DNA of 63,777 nucleotides, counting the filler, from Chiloscyllium plagiosum (lineage: Eukaryota): assembly GCF_004010195.1 (NCBI RefSeq). It is 5 parts of one record of this genome, joined end to end, with 100 filler letters (N's around TTAATTAATTAA, not from the genome) between each part and the next. Parts side by side here need not be neighbours in the genome. Positions count along the whole stretch, not along the records: positions 1 to 31,114 come from NC_057712.1; 4 more parts are not named here. One strand, written 5' to 3'. The notes below the pieces were generated by a model. The model saw nothing but the letters and a program-made list of their open reading frames with translations. It did not search any database and was not told where the DNA came from. The position numbers and the translations under genes are program-made. How positions within the stretch are numbered: the first letter of the stretch is position 1; each line of letters opens with the position of its first letter. This document shows positions 13,405 through 26,249 of this stretch, one piece after another.

Positions 13405-13983
13405 TGTAAGACAGAAGTGTGAGCAGTCTACCAGAACTATTAGTGCAAACAGGCCTAGTGTTTCTTTTTTTTAGTTTGGAACAATAGAGGCAGTCTGGAT
13501 GAGTGTTGCCAGCCCTCACAGATCAGGGTTTCTATTTTTTTTAATTTTTAGTTTTAGCTTTCAGCAGTTCCTGTTGTGATCTTGTAGGAGTAGGAGCAAT
13601 CTTTTCTGTCTCTCGGTTACAGCTAGGAGCTAGGGTTTCTCTCTGCTGCTGGGTCACCTGTCAGACAAATGCATTTTTCTGAATTTTCCTTTTTGTCAAG
13701 GGTGTATTTATGGGATGTTACAATAGTGGAACAATTAATTAGTACTAGTTACTGTATGTACTATTTGGTTAGGTTTTCCAATAGAGTTAAGTTATTCTAG
13801 AGCCCTCTTTCTTCGGTTGTATTTTCACTGTAGTTTAATTGTGTTTTGCTTAACGTGGAGTAATTGGACCAGTTGCACTGTATCTGGAATATAGCATTTC
13901 AGATCTGCCTTTAAAAAAGAAAAAGTTAGGGCCTAGATGACCTTTTTAAATATTTTGAGAGGGTCTGGTCTGGTCCATCATAC
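13405..13983 (+). mobile_element. Probable solo LTR
   Basis: ~580 bp, begins TGTAAG, ends near GGTCTGGTCCATCATA; T-rich U5-like end; non-coding. Confidence 0.4.
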
Positions 13984-14297
13984 CTCCCCTTGAATTAAAC
14001 ACTGAACAGAGCAGAATTTCCACTACCAAGAGCTTCCAGCCAATTATAAGTCAGCAGTCCTCAAGTACTGGCAGTGCCATGGCAGCAGGGCCATTGCCAG
14101 GATTGGACTCAGGCCTTCACGAGGGAGCCCCAAGGTATCGCTGGAGGGAGATGTGTGCATGTCGGTTGGGGTAGCAGTGAAGGGGTTTTCCAGAAAGGGG
14201 AGGCAGACTTGAAAACAAGTGGGGGGAGGGGGGTGTCTTCCACAGGCCCACTACCTTCTAATGCCAGACCCCTCCATTAGGAATAGTCCGCTTGTGA

Positions 14298-14760
14298 ATA
14301 GACAATAGACAATAGGTGCAGGGGTAGGCCATTCTGCCCTTCGAGCCTGCACCACTATTCATTATGATCATGGCTGATCATCCTCAATCAGTATCCTGTT
14401 CCTGCCTTATCTCCATAACCCTTGATTCCACTATCCTTGAGAGCTCTATCCAACTCTTTCTTAAATGAATCCAGAGACTGGGCCTCCACTGCCCTCTGGG
14501 GCAGAGCATCCCACACAGCCACCACTCTCTGGGTGAACAAGTTTCTCCTCATCTCTGTCCTAAATAGACTACCCCTTATTTTTAAGCTGTGTCCTCTGGT
14601 TCGGCACTCACCCATCAGCGGAAACATGTTTCCTGCCTCCAGAGTGTCCAATCCTTTAATAATCTTATATGTCTCAATCAGATCCCCTCTCAGTCTTCTA
14701 AACTCAAGGGTATGCAAGCCCAGTCGCTCCAGTCTTTCAGCGACAGGTAGTCCCGCCTTC
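14298..14760 (-). mobile_element. CR1 3' end (family X), near-identical to 1-613 in opposite orientation
   Basis: ORF 14388-14717 closely matches ORF 49-528; same tail. Confidence 0.92.
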
Positions 14761-15194
14761 CCACCTCACCTTTTTATAGGGGCAGGCAATTCCAGCAGAA
14801 TTTGCTTGATGGTTTTCCTGGATGGTATTTTTCCAACTGCTGCATGTTGAATATCAATGTTGGTAGGATATGGACCTTGATTGATGAGCTAAACACCTCA
14901 GGTGGCCTTCAGGTGGGGAAGCCAGCCACCACTCTCCCCACCCAGAGCTAGATGGAGGAGGACAGGAGAGTGGGAAGGTGGGAGGTTGCCAACCTTGCAG
15001 CCTTCTGCCAGATCAAACAGAACAGACCCACAGGCACCTCTGAACTTACGCCTCCATAAGGTCATGGGGGGCACTAAGCTCCATCCTTTGTGAGTTAGTT
15101 GACAGCTGTACTTCTCACACTACAACAATATCACAACAAGAGATCACAGTCTTCACGTTCTCCTGAGGTTGTAAGAGGACATTGGAAGGAACTT

Positions 15195-17530
15195 TTTTGA
15201 ATTCACTCGTGGGACTTGGGTGTCACTGGCTAGCCGGCATTTATTGCCTGTCCATAGTTGCCCTTGAAAAGGTGGTGGTAAGCTGCCTTCTTGAAACGCT
15301 GCAGTCCATGCGCTGCGGTTAGACCCACAATGCCCTCTTACGTTTAATATGTTGGAAGATATTTTACTATTTGCTTTAGTGCAGCCTGCCATCTTTTCCT
15401 CATGCTTCCTCTTAGCCTTCATCATTCCAGTCTTAGTCTTTGTCCTGCATTGGTGATACTCTTCCTGATTTCTATTCCTGATATTATTCCAGTGTGTATC
15501 ATATGCCTTCTTTATCTTCCTGAGTTTTTCATTAATGTCCATAGTCAATCAGGGTACTGTAGCTTTACAAAACCCACTTTAATTTCTTACCTTGCTTGCA
15601 ACCTATTCATCTCTTTTTGAAATTGTTCCTTTTTTTAATCCATCGTTTTACCCACCAAACTGTGTTTCCAATCAACCTTCTTCAATTCAACTTCTTGATT
15701 CCTGACATCTGCCCTTTTCTAGTCTGGAATCTGTATCATTGACTGATTTTTATTCTTTTCCAACTAAATATTGAACCTTGTAATGTTGTGATCGCTATTT
15801 CCCAAATGCTGCCATTTCTGGCATTCTCCACTTAGCCTGCCTTATTTCCTTCGACCAGATCCAGCATAGGTCCGTCCCTTGATAAGACTAAACATATACT
15901 GATCCAGAAAGTTCTCCTGCACACATTGCATGAATTTATTCTCTCCCATCACCCACACTCTATATTTTTCCCAGTGTACCCTGGAGTAATTGAAATCACT
16001 TGTCCTTTCCATAATATACCTTCAAATGCTCTCTTCCATTTCCTCCTCACAATTAGGAGGTCCAGAATAAACACCTAACAAAGTCACTGCTCCCTTCCTG
16101 TTTCTCACCTCCAACCATATAGACTCTAATTCAGAAACTGCATTACCTTCAAGTTCAATGATGCTACCTTTGACCAAGACTGCTACATCTCCTCCATTTT
16201 TATGCACCCTGTTCCTACCAAAAATCTTATAGTCCTGCTCCGTCAATACTATTATGTCATATCCACTCAGAGTAATTTCTGTTTCCAATTCCCCAATTTT
16301 CTTCATGAAACACATGTACAACTTAACCCTACCCTTATGAATTTCTTGCCCATTGGAAGGTGACCACTTCTTTGTTTACTGTCGAGACTGTGGTGCTGGA
16401 AAAGCACAACCGGTCAGGCAGCATCTGAGGAGCAGGAGAATCGATGTTTTGAGCATATGCTCTTCATCAGGAATGAGCAGCTCATTGAAAAGCTTATGCT
16501 CAAAACATCGATTCTCCTGCTCCTTCGAAGCTGCCTGACCTGCTGTGCCTTTCCAGCACCACACTCTGATCTCCAGCATCTGCAGTCCTCACTTTCTCCC
16601 ATTTCTTTGTTTACTGTCAACACTCAAGCCTTCCCTTACTTCCTTTTCTCCTTTTCCCATCTTCTCTCTTTTGCCCTTTCTGGCACTTCCAAAACTAGGC
16701 CCGTTGACTCATAAGTTTAAATCCACCCCCACTATACTATCTACTCTCTCAGCCAGGAGATTAGTTCCATATTTCTGCTCAGGTGAAGCCATCCCTTCTG
16801 AACAGCTTTCCCAAAAATGATCCCAAAGTCCCAAAAATCTAAATCCTTCCATTCCACACCATCCCTCACTATGCCACACATTTACCTCCCTGATCTGCTT
16901 TTGCCTAAATGGTGAATCATGAGGTACAGTTGTTTCTGAGATTAATACCATGATGGACCTTTCTTCAGACTGCACCCCCCCAGTTGGTGAAACTGATTTT
17001 GCAAGCCCTCCAAGCTGTCCCTCCCTGTGTTGCTGGTTACCACATGAACCACAACCACTGGGTATTTTCTCTCCCTTTGCAGAGGTTGATCCGGTTCTTT
17101 TGTTTTGTCCCAAACCTTTGCAACGGGAGGCAACAGACCATGTGGGATTCATAATCCCAGATACAAACCATGCTGACTATCCCTCAACTATCGAGTCACC
17201 CACTACTACAACCTTTCTAATCTGCCTACCAACCGAACTCTCTTTGCCCAGAGTAGCCTCGGGTACGGTGACAATATGGTTTTCCCTCAAGTCATCCAAA
17301 CTGATTCTGTCATATTGCTCACTGAATAGGCATTTAAAATTTCACATCTGTTAGGCAACAGCAGGATGTGCTGCGATTCTTGAAGTTGCTGTCTCCTTTC
17401 CTTTTGGCGCAGTTACCTGCCAATCTCTGTTCTCTTCCTTGCCTGCCTATCATGATATGGAGTGACCACTTTCTGGTATGACTCTCCTTCTTGCATAGTG
17501 CGCAGTGAAGAGAGTGATTGCTCCAAATCA
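15195..17530 (-). mobile_element. Degraded long CR1 (ORF1 esterase + APE endonuclease region) plus a short LINE tail at 15195-15335
   Basis: YDIIVLTE, GGDVAVLVK, ESIWLEVRN..LLGVY (APE); VVVVHV..IREVNVW..WCGMEGFRFLGLWDHFW (SGNH-type ORF1). Confidence 0.8.
16384..16599. mobile_element. Fold-back family-A Penelope-like insertion
   Basis: ~90-nt inverted arms around CTTCATCAGGAATGAG; TSD TTCTTTGTTTACTGTC (16368-16383, 16603-16618). Confidence 0.85.
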
Positions 17531-17534
17531 GCCA

Positions 17535-19230
17535 CATATTGTTCAAGGACGGCTAGCCTCTGTGAGTTGAGTGTTCTCAAGCATCTGGAGTGCTGTTGGA
17601 GCTGCTCCCATCCAGGCAAGCGGGGAGTATTCCATCACACTCCTGACTTGTGTTCTGTAGATAGTGGACAGGCATTGGGGAGGCAGGACTAAGTTATTCG
17701 CCACAGTATTCCTAGTATCTGACCTGCTCTTGCAGCCACTGTGTTTATGTGGCGAATTCAGTTGAGTTGCCTTGTAAGTGGGGGGATGATAACACCATTG
17801 AATGTCAAGGGAAGGTAGTTAGAATGTCTCTTATTGAAGCAGGTCATAACCTGGCATTTATGTGGCATGAATGTTATTTGCCACGAAACATTGTGCAATC
17901 ATCAGCAAATATCCCCAGTGTTGAATTTATAATGGAGGGGAGGTCATTGATGAAGCAGCTGAAGATGGTTAAGCCTACTCACTACCCTAAGGAGCTCTTG
18001 CAGTGAGGTCATGGAGCTGAGATAACTGACTTCCAACAACCACAATCATCTTCCTAAAAGAACATAAGAATAGGAGCAGGAGTTGGCTATCTGGCCCGTT
18101 GAGCCCATTCTGGCATTTAATAAGACCATGGCTGATTTTTTGTGGACTCAGCTCCACTTACCCGACTCACCATAACCCTTAATTCCTTTACTGTTCAAAA
18201 ATCTATCTATCTATTCAATGAGGTATCTATCTATTCAACTGCTTCACTGGGCAGGGAATTCCACAGATTCACAACCCTTTGGGTGAAGAAGTTTCTCTTC
18301 AACTCAGTCCTAAATCTGTTCTCCCTTATTTTGAGGCTATGCCCCCTAGTTTTAGTTTCACCCGCCAGTGGTAACAACCTCCCTGCTTCTATCTTATTTA
18401 TTCCCATCATAATTTTATATGCTTCTATAAGATCCCCCCTTATTTTTCTAAATTTAAATGAGTATAGTCTCAGTCCACTCAATCTCTCCCATAAGCCAAA
18501 CCTCTCAACTCTGGAACCAACCTAGTGAACCTTCTCTGCAACCCCTACAGTGCCAGTACATCCTTTCTCAAGTAAGGAGACCAAAACAATATACATTACC
18601 TTAGATGTGGCCTCACCAACATCCTATATAATTTCGGCATAACCTCCCTATTTTTAAACTCCATGCCTCCAGCAATGAAGGACACTAATCCATTTGCCTT
18701 CCGAATTATCTGCTGCACTTACAGACCAATTTTTATAATATTCATAAAACTGCCATCCCAAAGTGTTTCTATTTGCCAGGTATGACACCAACCAGCCAAG
18801 TATTTGCCCCCTCTTATCGAATGGTCCCAGTTATGCTCAGCCTCTTTGATGCCACACTCAGTCAAAGGTGACCTTGGTGTTAAGGACTGTCACTCTCACC
18901 TCACCTCGGGAATTCGGCCCTTTTGTCCATGTTTGAACCAAGACTATAATGACGTCAGGAGTTGAGTGGCCCTGGCGGAACCAAAACTGGGCGTCACTGA
19001 GCAGGTTATTGCAGAGCAGGTGCTGCTTGATAGCAATGTTGATGACCATCACTTTACTGATGGCCAAGAGTAGACAATGGGGCAGATTGGATTTGTCCTG
19101 CTTTTTGTGTACAGGACATACCAGGGCAATTTTCCACATTGTAGGGTAACTGCCACTACTTTAACTGTACTGGAAGAGCCTGACTAGGGGAGCGGCAAGA
19201 TCTGAGCAGAAGTCTTCGGTATTATTGTCA
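17535..19230 (-). mobile_element. Second CR1/L2-group LINE lineage (family Z) with nested CR1 3' end (18055-18750)
   Basis: WKIALVCPVHKKQDKSN..LLSDAQF-FRQGHS (RT); the insert encodes GDLIEAYK..NFFTQRVVNLWNSLP. Confidence 0.85.
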
Positions 19231-19487
19231 GCTACATAATTGCAGTTCTTTCTTGTTTCTCAAAGCACTGGACACATGATGGCATGAATGGTCTCTTGCT
19301 ACACAACATTCCAGATTCACCACAAGTTAAATTGAAGATGTTTTTAATGGAAAAGGTATAAACCATAGGACTGAAATTCCACAGGGATTGTGCTAGTCAC
19401 CTTCTGAAGGTATGGGTGAAGATTAGGAGGAACCATGCAGAACTTCAAAGTCAGTGTGTAAAGTTATGTAGAAGGAATGATCCTGAG

Positions 19488-20823
19488 GAACAGGATGTAC
19501 ATGTATTTGGAAAGGCAAGGACTGATTAGGGATAGTTAACATGGCTTTGTGTGTGGGAAATCATGTCTCACAAACTTGATTGAGTTTTTGAAGAAGTAAC
19601 AAAGAAGATTGATGAGGGCAGAGCAGTAGATGTGATCTATATGGACTTCAGTAAGGTGTTCGACAAGGTTCCCCATGGGAGACTGATTAGCAAGTTAGAT
19701 CTCATGGAATACAGGGAGAACTAGCCATTTGGATACAGAACTGGCTCAAAGGTAGAAGACAGAGGGTGGTGGTGGAGGGTTGTTTTTCAGACTAGAGGCC
19801 TGTGACAAGTGGAGTCCCACAAGGATCGGTGCTGGGCCCTCTACTTTTTGTCATTTACATAAATGATTTGGATGCGAGCATAAGAGGCACAATTAGTAAG
19901 TTTGCAGATGACACCAAAACTGGAGGTGTAGTGGACAGCGAAGAGGGTTACCTCAGATTACAACAGGATCTGGACCAGATGGGCCAATGGGCTGAGAAGG
20001 GGCAGATGGAGTTTAATTCAGATAAATGTGAGGTGCTGCATTTTGGGAAAGCAAATCTTAGCAGGACTTATACACTTAATGGTAAGGTCTAGGGAGTGTT
20101 GCTGAACAAAAAGACCTTAGAGTGCAGGCTCATAATTCCTTGAAAGTGGAGTCGCAGGTAGATAGGATAGTGAAGAAGGCATTTGGTTTGCCTTCCTTTA
20201 TTGGTCAAAGTATTGAGTACAGGAGTTGGGAGGTCATGTTGTGGCTGTACAGGACATTGGTTAGGCCACTGTTGGAATATTACATGCAATTCTGTTCTCC
20301 TTCCTATTGAAAAGATGTTGTGAAACTTGAAAGGGTTCAGGAAAGATTTACAAGGATGTTGCCAGGGTTGGAAGATTTGAGCTATAGGGAGAGGCTGAAC
20401 AGGCTGGAGCTGTTTTCCCTGGAGCGTCAGAGGCTGAGGGATGACCTTATAGAGGTTTACAAAATTATGAGGGGCATGGATAGGATAGATAGGCAAAGTA
20501 TTTTCCCTGGGGTGGGGGAGTCCAGAACTAGAGGGCATAGGTTTAGGGTGAGAGGGGAAAGATACGATAGAGACCTAAGGGGCAACTTTTTCACGCAGAT
20601 GGTGGTATATGTATGGAATAAGCTGCCAGAGGATGTGGTGGAGGCTGGTACAATTGCAACACTTAAGAGGCATTTGGATGGGTATATGAATAGGAAGGGT
20701 TTGGAGGGATATGAGCCGGGTGCTGGCAGGTGGGACTAGATTGGGTTGGGATATCTGGTCGGCATGGACAGGTTGGACCAAAGGGTCTGTTTCCGTGCTG
20801 TACATCTCTATGACTCTATGACT
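19488..20823 (+). mobile_element. 5'-truncated family-Y CR1
   Basis: TSGVPQGSVLGPLLFVIYINDLD..FADDTK through to the tail CTATGACTCTATGACT. Confidence 0.95.
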
Positions 20824-21236
20824 TTAAGTGAAAGGAATCATTAAACCCATAAAGCTTCCAGTTGTGTTAAATGTTTGTTAATTGTGATCTTACAAGTGAG
20901 AAACAAGTAAACAATGTGGCAAACATTACTAACTAGACTGACAACTTGGAACTAATTAGTGAGTCAGTAACAGCAACAATTGTGTATCCCAATGCGCTGT
21001 CTGCCTTAACACTTTCGGTTCTATAATAATCTGAGTGCAGTTTGATTGGTGACAGAGAAGACACTGAACAAGATAACTGTTTGGAAATGAAATCTCCCAG
21101 ATGACAATGAGGGGGAAGAAGGCATTTCTGATTATGAATAAAATATGTATATAGAAAAACAAACTGGGAGAGGAATGACAACTAGACTGAGAGAAAATGT
21201 TTGATTGATTTCTAAGAAAATGAAGGTAAATATATA

Positions 21237-22140
21237 AAGTTAAAAATCACACAACACCAGGTTATAGTGCGACAGATTTAATTGGAAGCACTAGCTTTCG
21301 GAGCGCTGCTCCTTCATCAGCTGTAGGACACAGAATTTATTGCAAACGTTTACAATGATGTTTCTGAAATTATACATTGAAAAATATCTTGATTGTTTGT
21401 TAAGTCTCTCATCTGTTAGAATGACCATGATAGTTTCACTTCTTTCATATGTAAATCACAAATGTTTTCAAAAAGTTACATTCTCAGGTTAACTGTAACA
21501 ATTGGTGTCAGCCAGATAAGATGTTGAAGGTGTTAGTCCCCTGTGTGCTGCTGTCTGTGCCATAATGTTTAGACTGATTCTAATCTAAAAAGTGAGTTAA
21601 CAGAACCTTACATGGATTCGTGCAGTTTTTAAGCAAAGTACAATGAAACCCTGGAAGTACAAATTCACCCCACAGACGTATATGTATATGTGTGCCTGTG
21701 GGTTCGTGTGTGTGTATATAAAGGGGCCAAGTCTGTGAGAGGGTGCATGTTTGAGTGTGGGAGTCTGTCTGTCTGTAGGAGTGTGTGTGTCTGGGGAGTG
21801 TGTGTGTGTAGGAGTGTGCATGTCTGTGTGTGTGTCTGTGTATAGGTGTGTCTGTGTGTATGTGTCTGTATAGGAGTGTGTGCATGTGTGCGCGCGTGTG
21901 TGTGTGTGTGTATAGTGCAATGGTGGTCACCTGTAGTGTGACGTGAACCCAAGGTCCAGGTTGAGGCCCTCCCTATGGGTACTGAGCTTAACTATCAGCC
22001 TCTGCTCGGCCATTTCTCGTTGCTGCATGTCCCAAAGTCCGCCCTGGAGGATGGTCACCTGAAGGTCCGAGGTCGAATGTCCTAGACCGCTGAAGTGTTC
22101 TCCAACTGGGAGAGAACACTCCTGTCTGTTGATTGTTGAT
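21237..22140 (-). mobile_element. Penelope-like element 3' part: GIY-YIG C-terminus, (CA)n tract and pLTR (family B)
   Basis: 21930-22135 encodes SLPVGEHFSGLGH..EQRLI..GLNLDLGF.SHYR; hammerhead core at 21320-21292. Confidence 0.85.
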
Positions 22141-23172
22141 TGACAACAGAATACAGGGGGCTAACACTTTCAACATCTTATCTGAGCTGACACCAATTGT
22201 TACAGTTAACCTGAGGATGTAACTTTTTTTAAAAATTTGTGATTTACATATGAAAGAAGTGGAACTATCATGGTCACTCTAACAGATGAGAGACTTAACA
22301 AACAATCAAGGTATTTTTCAATGTATAATTTCAGTTACATCATACTGTAAACTTTTGCTATAAATTCTGTGTCTTACAACTGTGTACTCCACAACCACCT
22401 GATGAAGGAGCAGTGCTCTGAAAGCTAGTGCTTCTAATTCAACCTGTTGGACTATAACCTGGTGTTGTGTGATTTTTAACTTTGTACACGCCAGTCCAAC
22501 ATCGGCATCACCAAATCATGACGACTATCGACATTGGAGAGGATCTCCAAGAAGATCACACATATCGACACAGACATCAAGTTTCTACAGAAATGCTGGC
22601 AAGCAGCAAAAATTCCAAAAGGATTATGGATCACGAACCCGCTCAAGTCGACCTACAACACAGAATACGCAGAGAAACTTTGCCATCGCACCTCTCGCAA
22701 ACTCCTCAATCATCTCGTGCACCAACTCTACAGCAGGCGCCACAACCTTGAAATTCAGATGGAGTCCACATTCTCATCCTCCATTCAGAATACAGCAGTA
22801 CAACTACGCGACATTGCCAAACAAACAAGGCAACAAAACTACACCACGTACATGCACACCAAGAACAAAAAACTGGAGAAACTTGGCATTCTCACCAGTA
22901 ATAGCAAAGCCCACCCTGGCACCACAGTGGATAACATTATCATTGCGGGGAAGTCGATTGTCAACTTATCGGACCAAACCCTTCGACTGGAAGAGATTGA
23001 AGTCCTGAACAGGGGTCTCGTTGGTTCTTGCAGCGGACACAGAGGAGTTTTCAGACAAATGAGACTCCAGGAATTCTTTCAAGGTGCCAGCAGTGATCCC
23101 AATGAGCCCACTGACAAACCGGAACACTCATCAGAGGGATCTGTAGAGGAGCAACCAGTAGAGGAGTTGTGA
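22141..23172 (+). mobile_element. Penelope-like element pLTR plus ORF N-terminus (family B)
   Basis: 22141-22490 is an inverted copy of 21237-21555; ORF 22534-23172 has FLQKC..IPKGL and IVNLSD.TL..EEIEVLNRGL, typical of the PLE N-terminal domain. Confidence 0.85.
22396..22430 (+). ncRNA. Minimal type I hammerhead ribozyme motif (family B)
   Basis: CAC-CTGATGA-A-GGAGC-AGT-GCTCT-GAA-AGCT-A-GTG: stem I CAC/GTG, stem II, palindromic AGCT in place of stem III, predicted CUA cleavage. Confidence 0.7.
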
Positions 23173-23174
23173 GT

Positions 23175-23745
23175 GTCTTTGAGAGAGAGTATATATGTGT
23201 GTGTGTGCACATGGGAGAGAGCTTGTGTAAGAGAGGGTCTGTGTGAGTGTATGAGTATGTAGGAGCATGTGTGTGCGTGTGAGAGAGAGAGAGTGTCTAG
23301 TGTGGTGGAGTCACCTGTAGTGTGACATGAACCTAAGGTCCTGGTTCAGGCCATCCCCATGGGTGTCAAGCTTGGCTATCAGCTTCTGCTCAACCACTTT
23401 GCATTGTTGCTTGTCCCGAAAGCAGACTTGGAGGACGGTCACCTGAGGGTCCGCGGCCAAATGTCCCAGACCGCTGAAGTGTTCCTCGACTGGAAGGGAA
23501 CCCTCCTGTCTGGTGATCATTGCGCAGTGTCCATTCATCCGTTGTCGTAGCATCTGGTCAGGCTTGCCAATTTACCATGCTTCAGGGCATCCTAGCCTGC
23601 AGCGTATGAAACAGACAATGTCAGCTGAGTCACATGAGTACCTGCCGCGTACATGGTGGGAATGTCCCCACATGTAATGGTGGTATCCGTGTCGACAATC
23701 TGACACATCTTGCAGCAGCTGCCGTGACAGGGTTGTACGGTCAAA
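23175..23745 (-). mobile_element. Penelope-like GIY-YIG endonuclease 3' fragment
   Basis: QPCHGSCCKMCQIV (Zn motif) and LRQRMNGH..SLPVEEHFS..GH..EQKLI..GLNQDLRFMSHYR. Confidence 0.88.
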
Positions 23746-23787
23746 ACAGTGCTTAAGTGAAATTGCATGAATGAATACAACTCATAC

Positions 23788-24038
23788 CAGCACGGTGGCA
23801 TGGCGGTTAGCACTGCTGCCCCGCGTTCAATTCCTGCCTCAGGCGAAACTCTATGTGGAGTTTGCACATTCTCCCCGGGTTTCCTCCCACAATCCAAAAA
23901 AATGTGCAGGTTAGGTGAATTGGCCAGGCTAAATTGCCTGTAGTGTTAGGTAAAGGGGAATGGGTCTGGGTGGGCGCCGGGTCGGTGTGGACTTGTTGGG
24001 CTGAAGGGCCTGTTTCCACACTGTAAATAATCTAAATC
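23788..24038 (+). mobile_element. HE1-type V-SINE (internally deleted)
   Basis: Same head, V-domain and tail as the other copies. Confidence 0.88.
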
Positions 24039-24410
24039 TCAGTAATCAGTTTGATATCCTTTATTCTTTTATTAAGTACTGGTACAATTTCTAACTTATT
24101 TATAGCATATAGGTCTAGTGTTTTTACTAATATTTACTAACTTAAAGCACAAAAGGACTAACACCTCTTAATTATGCAAGCAGCCCGGATAGACACTCTT
24201 AATCCCATTAGAGGTAGCAGCCAGTATTTAGCATATTCTAACCCATTTCCTGTCTCCCAGGACAGAAGTCCTTCAAACCTTGGTGTACTACAGATAAAAA
24301 AAAGTAACACCATAGGAATGGAATTTTAGTATATGTAAGAACTGTGTATAAAAGGGCTCTTATATGAACAGTGTTTTGGGGTTTTAATGCCACCTCAAAC
24401 TTGTGCTGTA

Positions 24411-24493
24411 GTGATGAAGGATCAGCGCTCTGAAAGCTAGTCCTTCCAATTAAACCTGTTGGACTATAACCTAGTGTTGTGTGATTTTTAACT
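24411..24493 (+). mobile_element. Family-B pLTR fragment with mutated hammerhead
   Basis: GTGATGAAGGATCAGCGCTCTGAAAGCTAG..ACCTGTTGGACTATAACC..GATTTTTAAC. Confidence 0.75.
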
Positions 24494-25089
24494 GAATAAA
24501 ACAGGCTATTTTCATCGCTCTTATCTACAGTGATAAGGTGTCAAAATGCAGTAATCTATAGCTAGCTGGTGAGTGAACTAATAAGGATAACTTATAACAC
24601 AATATCTCATAACACAATATCTCACACTTACAAACCAGCAAGTCTTTCACAACAGTACAGTTGCAATAGCAGTGAAATCAATTTTATGTATCCAATTCTT
24701 GACTGCTAGGCAACAATTTTTGAATCATTACATGACATCATTATCAGACATAAAACATTAATTCAAACTTCGGTAGAAAATGAGTGCAATTAAGAAGAAA
24801 TATTATTAGGTAGGTAAAATGAATGATTTACGATATACTGATAAATGAGGAACCAATATAGCATAATAATAATAACTTGTATGACAGTATCTTTAATCCA
24901 GCAAAATATCTCAAGGTGCCTCATAAAGGCATAAGACATGTCGAAGAGCATATAACAAGAGATGACCTAAAGTTGCATGGGTTTAAAGAAGGGTTTTTTA
25001 AGTAGAAGATGAAGATAGAGAGGCGGAAAGCTAGAGAGGTGAAGACACAATTTCCTGAGACCATGGCTACTTGTTGCAGGGTGAGGATT

Positions 25090-25640
25090 ATAGGGAGCAG
25101 GAGAAAGCCTTTATGCCACTGTCATTCTCGATCATTAGTGATCATCTACCTCAATGTGATATTCCTGGGTTTTGTTCCATACACTTTGATGTCATCAGTA
25201 ACTAGAAATCTATCGATCTCTGCCTTGAAGTTACTTAATGACTGAGTTTTATGTGTCCTCAGGAGGAGAGAATTCCAATGATTCACCATCCCCTGACTGA
25301 AGATGTTCCTGTTCATCTCATTTCAAATTGCTGCCTTTTGTTCTGAAGCTGTGTTCCTTAGTTGTAGACTCCATAGCCAGGCAAAATGTCCTTTTTGCAT
25401 TTACTCTGTCTGTCCCTTGAAGACTTTTGTAGGTTTCCATGAAATTGTTTCTCATTCACCTAAGCTCAAAATAATACAGGCCTTTTCTTCCCTCAATATT
25501 TCCACATGGAACAGTCTCACCACCCAGGAATTAGTTGGTACATCTTTGTTGCACTCCCTCTCTGTCAAAAATATCATTCCTTAAGTAAGGGACCTAGTAC
25601 TGCATAAATAGTCAGGTGTGATCGCATCAGGGTTCTGTGC
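25090..25640 (-). mobile_element. Old CR1 3' fragment
   Basis: Degenerate reverse CR1 3' motifs (GAGAATTCCA..TTCACC..GAAGA..TCCTG). Confidence 0.6.
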
Positions 25641-25880
25641 AATCTGCACCTTCATTATTCCTGTTAAAGTGGATAATCTCCACTGGAGCAACATCAATGA
25701 ACACGATGATTGCAGCTTGTACTGTTACTGCAGTCCACATCTTTATTTACCACTCAGTCAGTTTAACAATACAGCATAAAATCACATCAGGTTACAAACA
25801 AAGTTGCCTCAGACTCACTATTGAGACTTAGGTATTACCTGTACTGGTGAGGGCTGGCTGCTCAGGCTTCAGTCTCTCAG

Positions 25881-26079
25881 AGAGGTGTGAGAAGATTTGT
25901 AGCTCAGCTTGAGGTTCTGGATGTAAGTTTGCTCACTGAACTGGAAGGTTTATTTTCAGACATTTTGTCACCACACGAGGCAACAGCATCACCGGAGGCT
26001 CACTAATGATGCTACGTAACATGTGGACGAAACATCTGAAAATGAATCTTCCAGCTCAGCGAGCAAACATACATCCAGA
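25881..26079. mobile_element. Fold-back Penelope-like insertion (family D)
   Basis: Arms TCTGGATGTAAGTTTGCTC..CTGGAAG..TTTTCAGAC / TCTGAAAA..CTTCCAGCTCAGCGAGCAAAC.TACATCCAGA; degenerate hammerhead CTAATGA..GAAACATC; TSD TTCAGTC(T/A)CTCAG (25868-25880, 26080-26092). Confidence 0.75.
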
Positions 26080-26249
26080 TTCAGTCACTCAGCTGGGAGC
26101 TGGAACTCTGAGCTCAGGGTCCTGATTTTGTAATGGGTGTGCCGAGGTTATGCTGCCAATGTTTTCAAACCACTTATCTTTAAATGCTTTATCTTGAAAA
26201 TTCCAGAAAGTTCAACTCCTGCCAGGACCCTTGTGACTCTAAGATCATC

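Noticed and set aside
21580..21952. His/Thr-rich ORFs
   Set aside because: Degenerate (CA)n microsatellite inside a Penelope-like element
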